Shown in pieces: positions 18,261 through 26,729 of a stretch of DNA of 32,000 nt. The notes below the pieces were generated by a model that was not told the origin of the DNA, ran no database searches, and saw nothing but the letters and a program-made list of their open reading frames with translations. The DNA is from Candidatus Pacearchaeota archaeon. Its GTDB lineage: Archaea > Nanobdellota > Nanobdellia > Pacearchaeales > UBA284. The stretch covers positions 240,001 through 272,000 of the forward strand of contig CP061211.1 in the NCBI GenBank assembly GCA_026016245.1, given 5' to 3'. Made by a program: the position numbers and the translations under genes. Positions within the stretch are counted from its first letter, which is position 1. Every line of letters starts with the position of its first letter.

Positions 18261-18428
18261 TACTTAACTTAAATAAAATATATTTATAAACTTTTTTATA
18301 AAAACCCTTAGAACAAAATAAGGCAAAATAAGGAAAAAGAAAGATTTTTAAACCTATGAACAATCATATTTTTAAGCAAAATACTGAACAAAAGTTTGAA
18401 TGAAATATTAAACAAAATAATGTACTTA

Positions 18429-18450
18429 TGTTCATTCATATGATTGAACA
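18429..18450. promoter_or_regulatory. 22-nt near-palindrome upstream of the wHTH gene (candidate operator)
   Basis: TGTTCATTCATATGATTGAACA; identical to its reverse complement except for one mismatched pair (positions 7 and 16). Confidence 0.5.
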
Positions 18451-18477
18451 CAAAATAAATAACAATTAAAATGAAAG

Positions 18478-18699
18478 ATGAATAATAACCAAAAACATAT
18501 TAAGAAACTTAAGAAAGAATTTTTAAATTTTATTTCTAAAAATAATGTTGTTACCACATCTGAAATAGCTTCAAAATTTAATTTATCATGGAATACTGTT
18601 GAAAAATATCTGCTTGAGCTAACCATAGACAAGAAGGTTGAAAGGATAAAAAAATCAAGAACAAATTTATGGATGTTAAAAAAAATAACTAAAATCTAA
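18478..18699 (+). CDS. Small winged-helix/HTH DNA-binding protein, 73 aa
   Basis: LNFISKNNVVTTSEIASKFNLSWNTVEKYLLELTIDKKVERIKKSRTNLWML: HTH followed by a wing-like segment. Confidence 0.75.
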   Translation: MNNNQKHIKKLKKEFLNFISKNNVVTTSEIASKFNLSWNTVEKYLLELTIDKKVERIKKSRTNLWMLKKITKI

Positions 18700-18723
18700 A
18701 AAATGAGTAAGAAAAGAGGTGAA

Positions 18724-21700
18724 ATGACAAGCCAGAGAGAAAACAAAAAGAGGATGAATAAAAAGAGTGAGTTGAAGAGAATTATATTGCTAATAGCTAT
18801 AAGTCTATTATTCACAGTGTTAATTGTTAGTGCTAATAATTTTACTAATATAACTAATTTTACTGATAATAATCAATCTAACCAAACTCTGGATTTAGAA
18901 TGTCAGCAAGATTCTGATTGTGATGATAATAATGAAAGTACATTTGATTATTGCACTAATAACTCTTGTTATTATCAAGAAATTGAATGTATAAATGATA
19001 GTAATTGTGATGATAATAATAGTTTGACTTTTGACTACTGTATAAACAATTCTTGTTATTATGTTGAACCAGAATGTTTTACTGATGAAGATTGCAATGA
19101 CAACAACGAATCAACCACAGATTTATGTCAAGATTATAATTGTATTTATGAGATTAATGAAACAAACATAACAGCAGAAATTCTTGAGCTTGAGCAACAA
19201 GAAGCTAAAATAAATGAGAAAGTTAAATGGATAGTAAAAATAAAAGCCCAAACTTTAGAAGAAGCTATATTATTAATTCCTGAAGATGCTTTTATTCTTT
19301 CATCTGAAGAACAAGAACAAGTTTTCTTGATTGAGTATGAAACTCCTATGATAGAAATAGAAGAAGAAATAATAGAGCAAGAACAAGAAATAAAAAAAGA
19401 TGAGATGACTGGTCAGGTTATTAGTCAGGCAATTCAAGGAAAAATAATAAAAAGAGTTATTATTAGTAGCAATTTCTCAGGTCATTATCATAATGTTAAG
19501 GCTTTTACAATTATTAATTTAGAAAATGAAATTCAAGAATCTCAGTTTAAGGTTTATCATCTTATTAGTAATGAAAAAGTTGATATTACAGATAAGTCAG
19601 AATATAATGTGACTATTAATAAGATTGAAGAAAATAACATCAATACTTCAACTAACTTATCAAATTATCAGATTTCTTGGCTAGTTCCTGAACTTAGTGA
19701 GCAGATTTTTGAGATAACTGCTGGTGGAGAAGGTCCAGTCATTCTCTCAACTCCTGGAGAAATAGATTCTTGTCAAACCTTAGATACAGCAGGAACATAT
19801 ACTTTAAACCAAAACGTTTCAGCAGATACTACTTGCTTTAACATAACCTCTGATAATGTTACTCTTGACTGTGCTGGTTATACTATAAATTATTCTGCTA
19901 CAGGAACTGGCTATGCTGTGAATAATTCTGTTGGTTATAGTAACATAACAATTAAAAATTGTTTTATAAACAATGTATCAACAAGTTATTCATCTAGTTA
20001 TGCTATATATTTCCAAGGCTCAAGCACAGACCCATGTTCAGGAAATGTTATAGATAATAACACTATTTTAACTTCAGGAACAAGCAGTCATGGGATTTAT
20101 TTATATGATTATGTGAACAAGACAAATATAACAAACAATAATATAACTACCACTGGGTCAAGCAGTAAGGGAATTTATTTAAATAGTAAAGTAAACAGCA
20201 GTATTATCGCCAATAACACATTAAAAACATCTCAAACCAGTTCTTATGGGATTGATGTTTATATGTATTCTGGGGAAAATATTATTTATAACAATAATAT
20301 AACAACAACTGGATCCGGCGGGTATGGAATGAGAATATATCAATATTGTGACAAAAATAATATAACAAACAATAATATAACCACCACAAGCACTGGAATT
20401 GGCATTTTTATGTATTCTGCTGATTTTAATAATATAAAAAATAATTCTTTTGTTACTGGAAGCAGTGGAGTATATGTGTATAATAGTGCAAGCAATGTTT
20501 TTTATAAGAATAATATAACAACTTCTGGCTCTGATAGCTATGGAATTTATCTTTATCAGTCTAGCACAAAATATAATAATTTTACAGATAACAGAATAAC
20601 TACTTCTGGAGCAAGTGCTCATGGGGTCTATGTTTCATCAGCAAATGATAATGCAATATTTAATTCATCAATTGAAACAACAAACACTGGAAATGCTATT
20701 TATTATGCTGGAGCCAGTAATGCGACAATAGAAAATACAGTTATAAATTCTACAAATGCTGGAACAAAGGACATTTACTTTGTAAGCTCAAGCAAAGGAA
20801 ACCTCAACTTGACAAACTGCACCCTAAACAAAACAGATGTCTCATTCCATTCAAGTTCAACAGCCAATCTAAATATCCATTATTATCTTGATGCTCAAGT
20901 TAATTACACAAACGGAAATCCAGTCCAAGATGCAAATGTAAGTGGTTATGATGTGGATAATGAGTTAGCTTTTACACAATTGACAGACAGTAATGGATTG
21001 ATAGCAAGACAAACTCTTCTTGAATACATGCAAAACTTTACAGATAAGTATTATAAAACAAAATATACAATTAATGCAACTTATCAAATAGGTTATACTA
21101 ATGATTCAGAGCAGGTTAATCTGACAGCAAACAATATAACAGATGATAATACTCAGATTATCTTGACTATTGGTACTACCTCTCCAACAACAAACTTAGT
21201 TTCTCCTGACAATGGAAATGTGAGTGATTTTTCCACGATTAATTTTACCTGCAATGCGACTGATGATTTAATGCTTAAAAATATATCTTTATGGCACAAC
21301 ATTACAGGAGCATGGGGTCTTAATCAAACTTTTTTTGGCTTAAATATTTCTTCTCAAACCTGTTCGCAGGTCTGGGGTTTTGACTGCGGTGCAGGACCTC
21401 CAGAAGCAGGAGACAACACATTTGATGATTGTACTTATAGTGGTTCAGGTGGTGGTCTTATTTCTGTTAAAGAAATCTATTTGAATGCAACAAAAATTGC
21501 TCCAGGAGATTCTTTGAATGCTACATGTTATTTTGAAAGTTATGAGGGTTATGAAGATGAATTTGATTCTGGGATATTCTATTACAATGGAAGTGGATGG
21601 TATGAATTATGGAGTGGAGACCCTTCTCCTTGCAGTGGACAGCCTTGTTATGTTAATACTTCAACAGCCTTTACAGCTAACAACACAGTAGGAACCCACT

Positions 21701-24700
21701 GGATAAGATGTTCAATCCAGTATACTGATGCAGGAACTGACATCACAGATTATTGTGCAGTAGGTGATGCTGGTTACCAAGACAATGATGACCTTAGTTT
21801 TACAGTATCTGACTCTATTGGCTCAGCAACTGCAACAGCTAGTTTTATCTTAAATGTTCCTGACGGCCATCATATCTGGAATTGTCAAGCTTATAACAAC
21901 AGAAGTAAGGATGATTTTGCTGATTCTAATTATACGTTGACTGTTCAAGAGCCCCCAAATGTTACTCTTAACCTGCCTGTTGACGGTAATTTAAGTGCAA
22001 GCAATAATATAACTTTCAATTGTTCAGCTACTGATAACAGTGGATTAAAAAATGTAACTCTCTGGGGAAATTGGAGTGGTGGATGGCATGCAAACACTAC
22101 AAATAATTTTTCAGGACTAAGTAACTCAACTGCTTTTAATTTAAATGTTTCAGAGGGTGCTTATTTATGGAATTGTTTAGTTTATGATATAAATGATTAC
22201 TCAGCTTTTGCCTCAAGTAATTTTAGTTTGACTGTAAATACTCCTCCAACAACTCCGACAAACATAACTTGTAATGGCCAGATTTGTTCTCTGAATAATT
22301 CTTTTAATAATATCATAGAAATAAATTGTTCTGGCTCAACTGATCCTAGTGGAGATGTTATTACCTATCTTATAGAAGCTAATTACACTTCTGGAGGAGC
22401 AGGAGATGCTGAGATTTCCCTTGGACCTTATGTGTATGAAAATACTGCTGGTCATGGAACACCTGTATGGTCAAGAAAATCAGAATGGGACCCTGTAACG
22501 TCCAGTTCATATTTTTATCCAACCTATGGTGATTTAGATGGAGACGGAGACTCTGACTTTATGTATGTTGCAAATAGCAATCAACTTAAAGCATATGAAA
22601 ATACTGGTTCTGCTGAAAGTCCTTCGTGGTCTTATAATGCTGGATGGAGTTTCTCAAATAGTGTTCCTACAGGAGAAGGAACAACAGTATTTAGTATAGA
22701 CCTTGGAGATGTTGAAGGTGACGGAGATTTAGATCTTTTATTTGCTAAACATAATAATATACTATTTTATGAAAATACAGCTGGAGCAGGTAATGACCCC
22801 TCCTGGAGTTATAATTCAGGCTGGACTGCAAGTCTTGGTAGTGCTACAAATATAGGAGCAAGGCTTGTTGATATTGATAATGACGGAGATATGGATATTT
22901 TCTACCATGATTGGAGTGGAAATAATTATTTCTATGAAAATACTGGCAGTCAAACTTGGTCAAGAAAATCAGAATGGGAAACTGGGTTTGTTAGTGGAGG
23001 GGCAAATTCACAATTTGGAGACTTTTATGATATTGATGGTGATGGGGATTATGATTATTTTGGTTATGAAAGCAGTTCTTATAAAGATGCTTATGAAAAT
23101 ACTGGGAGTGCATCTAGTCCTTCTTGGAGTGCTAATTCAGATTGGGGTTCAGCTATTCCAAGTTCATCAAGTTCTATTTATCCTGCTTTAGTTGACCTTG
23201 ATAATGATGGGAGTAGTTCTGGATGGCAGTTGATAGGAAATCATTCTGAAACATCTGTCTTTGAGTGGAGCATAACTGATGTGAATGAGCAGACAAATAT
23301 TAATCTAAGATGCAGGGCAGTTGACGAGCAAGGAAGTAATACTAATTCAAGTGCTTACAGTCCTGAGACTAATTTAACAATAGACCATACTGCACCTGTT
23401 TTTACTAATGTTAGTTACCAACCCAGTACAGACATTGGACTAGACCCTGATGTTCAGGTTAATGTTACTGTTAATGTAACTGACCCTGTTAATAATAATG
23501 TGAACAGCACAGTAAGTGCTGTTATATTACAATATAAGTCACAGTATGATTCTGACTTTAGTAATACAAGCATGAGTTATAATGTTTCTAATGAATTATA
23601 TGAAGGTAACTTTACTCCAAGTTTTGAGGCTAATTACACAATAAGAATATGGGCAAATGACTCTGCTCTTACATATGCTAACACTAATACCTCATCTAAT
23701 AGCACCTTAGAAATATTTTATGACTGGGTCTGGAATCACACACCTTATGACCTTGGAACAGTAGCAGGAATTCAAAAATCAACACAGACTGTGGGTTATA
23801 TTTATATAACTAACAATGCTGATTCTAATTTACATTATGACTTAAGTCATAATTATATTCTTGGAGCTGATTACATGAATTTCTCAGATGATTTGTTTAC
23901 TCTAACTCCTGGACAGAGCAAGAACATAACTGTAAACGCGACTTTTACTCCGGCAGCTGGTGAGTCTAATGTTAAAATAACAATAGATGCTACAACCCCT
24001 AATGCAGATCCTTCTGAAAATCATACTAATATCACTCTTGCTTCTTATGCAGGAGGCCCTTATTTAGATGTTGTGATAGATATTTATAATTCAATTATAG
24101 GACAAAGCAATTGGATGAATTTATCTGCTTACATTAGAAACATAGGTAATGAAACTTCACAAAACACAACCTATAACTGGACTCTTGCTAGTGGAATTAC
24201 AGTTAATAGTGGTGATAAAAATGCAGTTATAGGAAACATAACTCCAAATTCTCAGAACAGAACAAACTTGAATGTGACAGTAAGTGCCTCAACATCTTAT
24301 GGTAATAATAACATGAGTTTATTTGCTTCTGGCCAGGGTTCTAACACAAATGATACTAATCAGATAACTGTTTTTGTTCAGTGTAATTCAGGAGATGGTG
24401 TCTGCGGTGCAGGCTGTATAGATGCTGAAGGAGCACCTAACTATGATTCTGATTGTGTAGAACAGCCGTCTGGAGGCGGCGGAGGAGGCGGAGGAGTAAG
24501 TGGCCAAGCCAGAGAAAAATTCCTAACAACATCTGAAACAATAGAAATAGTAAGAGGCCAGACAACTGAATTTACTATTGAAGTAAAAAATGAATTTGAT
24601 GATGTTATAAAGGATATAACAATTGAGGTTGAAGGAATAATGTCAACTTATTTAAGTCTTTCACCTGCACATATAGATTCTCTTAATCCAGGAGAAAGCA

Positions 24701-25755
24701 AAGTTGTTATTGTCAAGCTAACATCTCCTAAATATTTCACAGCAGGAATATATGATCTTGTATTTAATATTAAAGGCCAGCTAGCAGTAGGAACAGCCTT
24801 TATTCAGATAAAAGAAAGAAGAATAGTAAATTTAATTGTTCATGAAATCAGCGAAGAAGAAGCAAGAGAAAAGCTTAATCAGGCTAAGAAAATACTAGAA
24901 CAAATGAAGCAATATAAATTAAAAACAGAAGAATTTGAAATCCTGTATGCAGAAATGGAAACAGCATTTAATAACAGAGAATTCACAAAAGTTAATAATC
25001 TTTACAATGAGTTTTATGATTCTTCTTCAATGGCAATAGAATCTTATAATCTCATTAATAAAATAAAACAAGCAATGGAGCAAGCAAATAGTAAGGGTAT
25101 TGAGACTCCAAACACCTTAAGGCTTGTTCAGTTAGCAGAATCAGCTTTAGAAAGAGCTGACTGGGAAACAGCTTTAAGCAGAGCAAAAGAAGCTGAACTT
25201 ACTTTTGCTGTAGAAACAAAAGGAGAATTTTCTTTAGGCTACTTTTTAAAAGAAAACTGGTGGAAAGTTTTAATTATGGTTTTATGTACTGGTTTTGTCG
25301 TCTTTTTAATTTATTCGTGGACAAAGTATGAAATAATTAACAAAAAAGTTAAAAATCTTGAAAGAGAAGAGCACATCCTTCTTGGTTTAATGAAAGTTGT
25401 TCAAAAAGATTGCTTTGAGCTAGGAAAAATGTCAATGACAGAATATCAAGTGGCAATTCAACAGTATGAAAACAAACTAAGCCAAGTTGTGCAAAGGTTA
25501 ATAGAACTAGAGACAATGAAAATTAACTTCTTTAAATTTAGAAAAGAAAATATAAGATTAAGCACAGAAAGAAAAAGACTGCTTGAATTGATAAAAGAAA
25601 CCCAAAGATTATATTTTGAGAAAGGCAAACTTGAATCAAGAATCTATGAAAACAAATTAAAGAGCTATGCGACCAAGATGATAGAGGTTGAAGAAAGGTT
25701 AGCATTACTTGAAGCTGAAAAAGCACTGAAAAGAACAAAGGTTTTGGAAAGATAA
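18724..25755 (+). CDS. Giant mosaic cell-surface protein with N-terminal signal/TM, extracellular repeats and C-terminal TM plus cytoplasmic tail (start revised from 18703)
   Basis: TM near N-terminus (IILLIAISLLFTVLIVSA); Cys/Asp-rich repeats; parallel beta-helix repeats; Ig-like modules; FG-GAP/VCBS-like DxDxDG repeats; Gly8 stretch; TM WWKVLIMVLCTGFVVFLIYSW; charged helical tail. AAGAGGTGAA just upstream of ATG 18724 supports this start. Confidence 0.92.
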   Translation: MTSQRENKKRMNKKSELKRIILLIAISLLFTVLIVSANNFTNITNFTDNNQSNQTLDLECQQDSDCDDNNESTFDYCTNNSCYYQEIECINDSNCDDNNSLTFDYCINNSCYYVEPECFTDEDCNDNNESTTDLCQDYNCIYEINETNITAEILELEQQEAKINEKVKWIVKIKAQTLEEAILLIPEDAFILSSEEQEQVFLIEYETPMIEIEEEIIEQEQEIKKDEMTGQVISQAIQGKIIKRVIISSNFSGHYHNVKAFTIINLENEIQESQFKVYHLISNEKVDITDKSEYNVTINKIEENNINTSTNLSNYQISWLVPELSEQIFEITAGGEGPVILSTPGEIDSCQTLDTAGTYTLNQNVSADTTCFNITSDNVTLDCAGYTINYSATGTGYAVNNSVGYSNITIKNCFINNVSTSYSSSYAIYFQGSSTDPCSGNVIDNNTILTSGTSSHGIYLYDYVNKTNITNNNITTTGSSSKGIYLNSKVNSSIIANNTLKTSQTSSYGIDVYMYSGENIIYNNNITTTGSGGYGMRIYQYCDKNNITNNNITTTSTGIGIFMYSADFNNIKNNSFVTGSSGVYVYNSASNVFYKNNITTSGSDSYGIYLYQSSTKYNNFTDNRITTSGASAHGVYVSSANDNAIFNSSIETTNTGNAIYYAGASNATIENTVINSTNAGTKDIYFVSSSKGNLNLTNCTLNKTDVSFHSSSTANLNIHYYLDAQVNYTNGNPVQDANVSGYDVDNELAFTQLTDSNGLIARQTLLEYMQNFTDKYYKTKYTINATYQIGYTNDSEQVNLTANNITDDNTQIILTIGTTSPTTNLVSPDNGNVSDFSTINFTCNATDDLMLKNISLWHNITGAWGLNQTFFGLNISSQTCSQVWGFDCGAGPPEAGDNTFDDCTYSGSGGGLISVKEIYLNATKIAPGDSLNATCYFESYEGYEDEFDSGIFYYNGSGWYELWSGDPSPCSGQPCYVNTSTAFTANNTVGTHWIRCSIQYTDAGTDITDYCAVGDAGYQDNDDLSFTVSDSIGSATATASFILNVPDGHHIWNCQAYNNRSKDDFADSNYTLTVQEPPNVTLNLPVDGNLSASNNITFNCSATDNSGLKNVTLWGNWSGGWHANTTNNFSGLSNSTAFNLNVSEGAYLWNCLVYDINDYSAFASSNFSLTVNTPPTTPTNITCNGQICSLNNSFNNIIEINCSGSTDPSGDVITYLIEANYTSGGAGDAEISLGPYVYENTAGHGTPVWSRKSEWDPVTSSSYFYPTYGDLDGDGDSDFMYVANSNQLKAYENTGSAESPSWSYNAGWSFSNSVPTGEGTTVFSIDLGDVEGDGDLDLLFAKHNNILFYENTAGAGNDPSWSYNSGWTASLGSATNIGARLVDIDNDGDMDIFYHDWSGNNYFYENTGSQTWSRKSEWETGFVSGGANSQFGDFYDIDGDGDYDYFGYESSSYKDAYENTGSASSPSWSANSDWGSAIPSSSSSIYPALVDLDNDGSSSGWQLIGNHSETSVFEWSITDVNEQTNINLRCRAVDEQGSNTNSSAYSPETNLTIDHTAPVFTNVSYQPSTDIGLDPDVQVNVTVNVTDPVNNNVNSTVSAVILQYKSQYDSDFSNTSMSYNVSNELYEGNFTPSFEANYTIRIWANDSALTYANTNTSSNSTLEIFYDWVWNHTPYDLGTVAGIQKSTQTVGYIYITNNADSNLHYDLSHNYILGADYMNFSDDLFTLTPGQSKNITVNATFTPAAGESNVKITIDATTPNADPSENHTNITLASYAGGPYLDVVIDIYNSIIGQSNWMNLSAYIRNIGNETSQNTTYNWTLASGITVNSGDKNAVIGNITPNSQNRTNLNVTVSASTSYGNNNMSLFASGQGSNTNDTNQITVFVQCNSGDGVCGAGCIDAEGAPNYDSDCVEQPSGGGGGGGGVSGQAREKFLTTSETIEIVRGQTTEFTIEVKNEFDDVIKDITIEVEGIMSTYLSLSPAHIDSLNPGESKVVIVKLTSPKYFTAGIYDLVFNIKGQLAVGTAFIQIKERRIVNLIVHEISEEEAREKLNQAKKILEQMKQYKLKTEEFEILYAEMETAFNNREFTKVNNLYNEFYDSSSMAIESYNLINKIKQAMEQANSKGIETPNTLRLVQLAESALERADWETALSRAKEAELTFAVETKGEFSLGYFLKENWWKVLIMVLCTGFVVFLIYSWTKYEIINKKVKNLEREEHILLGLMKVVQKDCFELGKMSMTEYQVAIQQYENKLSQVVQRLIELETMKINFFKFRKENIRLSTERKRLLELIKETQRLYFEKGKLESRIYENKLKSYATKMIEVEERLALLEAEKALKRTKVLER
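18901..19149 (+). repeat. Three tandem ~28-aa Cys/Asp-rich repeats within the surface protein
   Basis: CQQDSDCDDNNESTFDYCTNNSCYY / CINDSNCDDNNSLTFDYCINNSCYY / CFTDEDCNDNNESTTDLCQDYNCIY. Confidence 0.85.
19770..20860 (+). repeat. Parallel beta-helix (PbH1/NosD-like) repeat region within the surface protein
   Basis: Recurring NNNITTTGSxxxGIYLYxxxxxNNITNN units; boundaries approximate. Confidence 0.75.
22520..23215 (+). repeat. FG-GAP/VCBS-like beta-propeller repeats within the surface protein
   Basis: GDLDGDGDSDFMY, GDVEGDGDLDLLF, VDIDNDGDMDIFY, YDIDGDGDYDYFG, VDLDNDGSSS, each followed by YENTG...SPSWS. Confidence 0.85.
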
Positions 25756-25762
25756 GGAAAAG

Positions 25763-26728
25763 ATGGTAAAAAAAAATAATTTTATTATAATAATATTAAT
25801 GCTGTCGGCTTTATTAATAGCTAGTATATTTATCAATAATAATTTTGGTAATGCTGTTATATATTCAAATGAATCTATAGAAGCAAAAGAATCTCTTGAA
25901 AATGCAAGAGCTGATATGCAAGAAATGATTGAAATGGGTTTTAATGTTATTAGAGTTAATGACACTCTTATTGTGGCTGAACAAATTTATCTTGCACAGC
26001 TTGCTTTAGAAGAAAAAAAGAAAAGAGCTAATTATGAAACTGTTCTTGAAAAATGTGCTGAGATAAGGAAAATAAAAGAAAAGGCATTTCAAGCTTATGA
26101 TGAGCTTAAAGTTCTTGAAGTAAAAATTAATAAAACAACCCAAGACAAGGATGTTAATTTAACTGAAGTTATTGCTGTTTTTGAACAAGCAAAACAAGAA
26201 TTTATAGATGAGAGGTATGAGCAGTGTTTAATTTTAATTGAAAAAACTTATGAAAAAATTGATAGAGCAGAATCAGAAGCTGCCAGGTCAAGGGTGTTTT
26301 ATATAGCTGCAAGCCGCACAATAGGCGGGTTTTTTGAGAGAAATTGGAAAATAATTATAACTGTTTTGGCTGTAATAGGATTAGCATATTATATAACAAG
26401 AAAAAAAATTGAAAGATATTTATTAAGAAGGAAAATGAAAAAACTTGAGCTTGAAAAGAAAGTTTTAAGAGGGCTTATAGCAAAAACCCAAAAAGATTAT
26501 TTTGAAAAAGGGCTTCTTAGTGAGGGAAGCTATAGAATAAAAATAAAAAAATTCGGGGAACTTATCCGGGATATTGACAGACAAATTCCTTTAATAAAAG
26601 AAGAACTTGAAAAAATAAAAAAACAAAAGCCAGAAAAACAACCAAGAAGAATTCAAAAAGAAGTTAGAAGAATTTCTGTCCCTAAACCTCCTATTAAACC
26701 AAAAGCAAGAAAGAAAATTAAAAAATAA
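25763..26728 (+). CDS. Membrane protein with extracellular helical region, one internal TM and cytoplasmic helical tail; paralogous to the C-terminus of the giant surface protein
   Basis: Signal/TM IIIILMLSALLIASIF; FFERNWKIIITVLAVIGLAYYI; LELEKKVLRGLIAKTQKDYFEKGLLSEGSY. ATG preceded by AAGGAAAAG. Confidence 0.85.
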   Translation: MVKKNNFIIIILMLSALLIASIFINNNFGNAVIYSNESIEAKESLENARADMQEMIEMGFNVIRVNDTLIVAEQIYLAQLALEEKKKRANYETVLEKCAEIRKIKEKAFQAYDELKVLEVKINKTTQDKDVNLTEVIAVFEQAKQEFIDERYEQCLILIEKTYEKIDRAESEAARSRVFYIAASRTIGGFFERNWKIIITVLAVIGLAYYITRKKIERYLLRRKMKKLELEKKVLRGLIAKTQKDYFEKGLLSEGSYRIKIKKFGELIRDIDRQIPLIKEELEKIKKQKPEKQPRRIQKEVRRISVPKPPIKPKARKKIKK

Positions 26729-26729
26729 A

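Noticed and set aside
18309-18342. Short direct repeat CAAAATAAGG x2 in the intergenic region
   Set aside because: Only two short AT-rich copies. Too weak to distinguish from background composition.
19770-20860. Repetitive DNA that could suggest a CRISPR array or satellite
   Set aside because: The repetition is at protein level (beta-helix turns), the reading frame is continuous, and units are degenerate with no constant repeat/spacer pattern.
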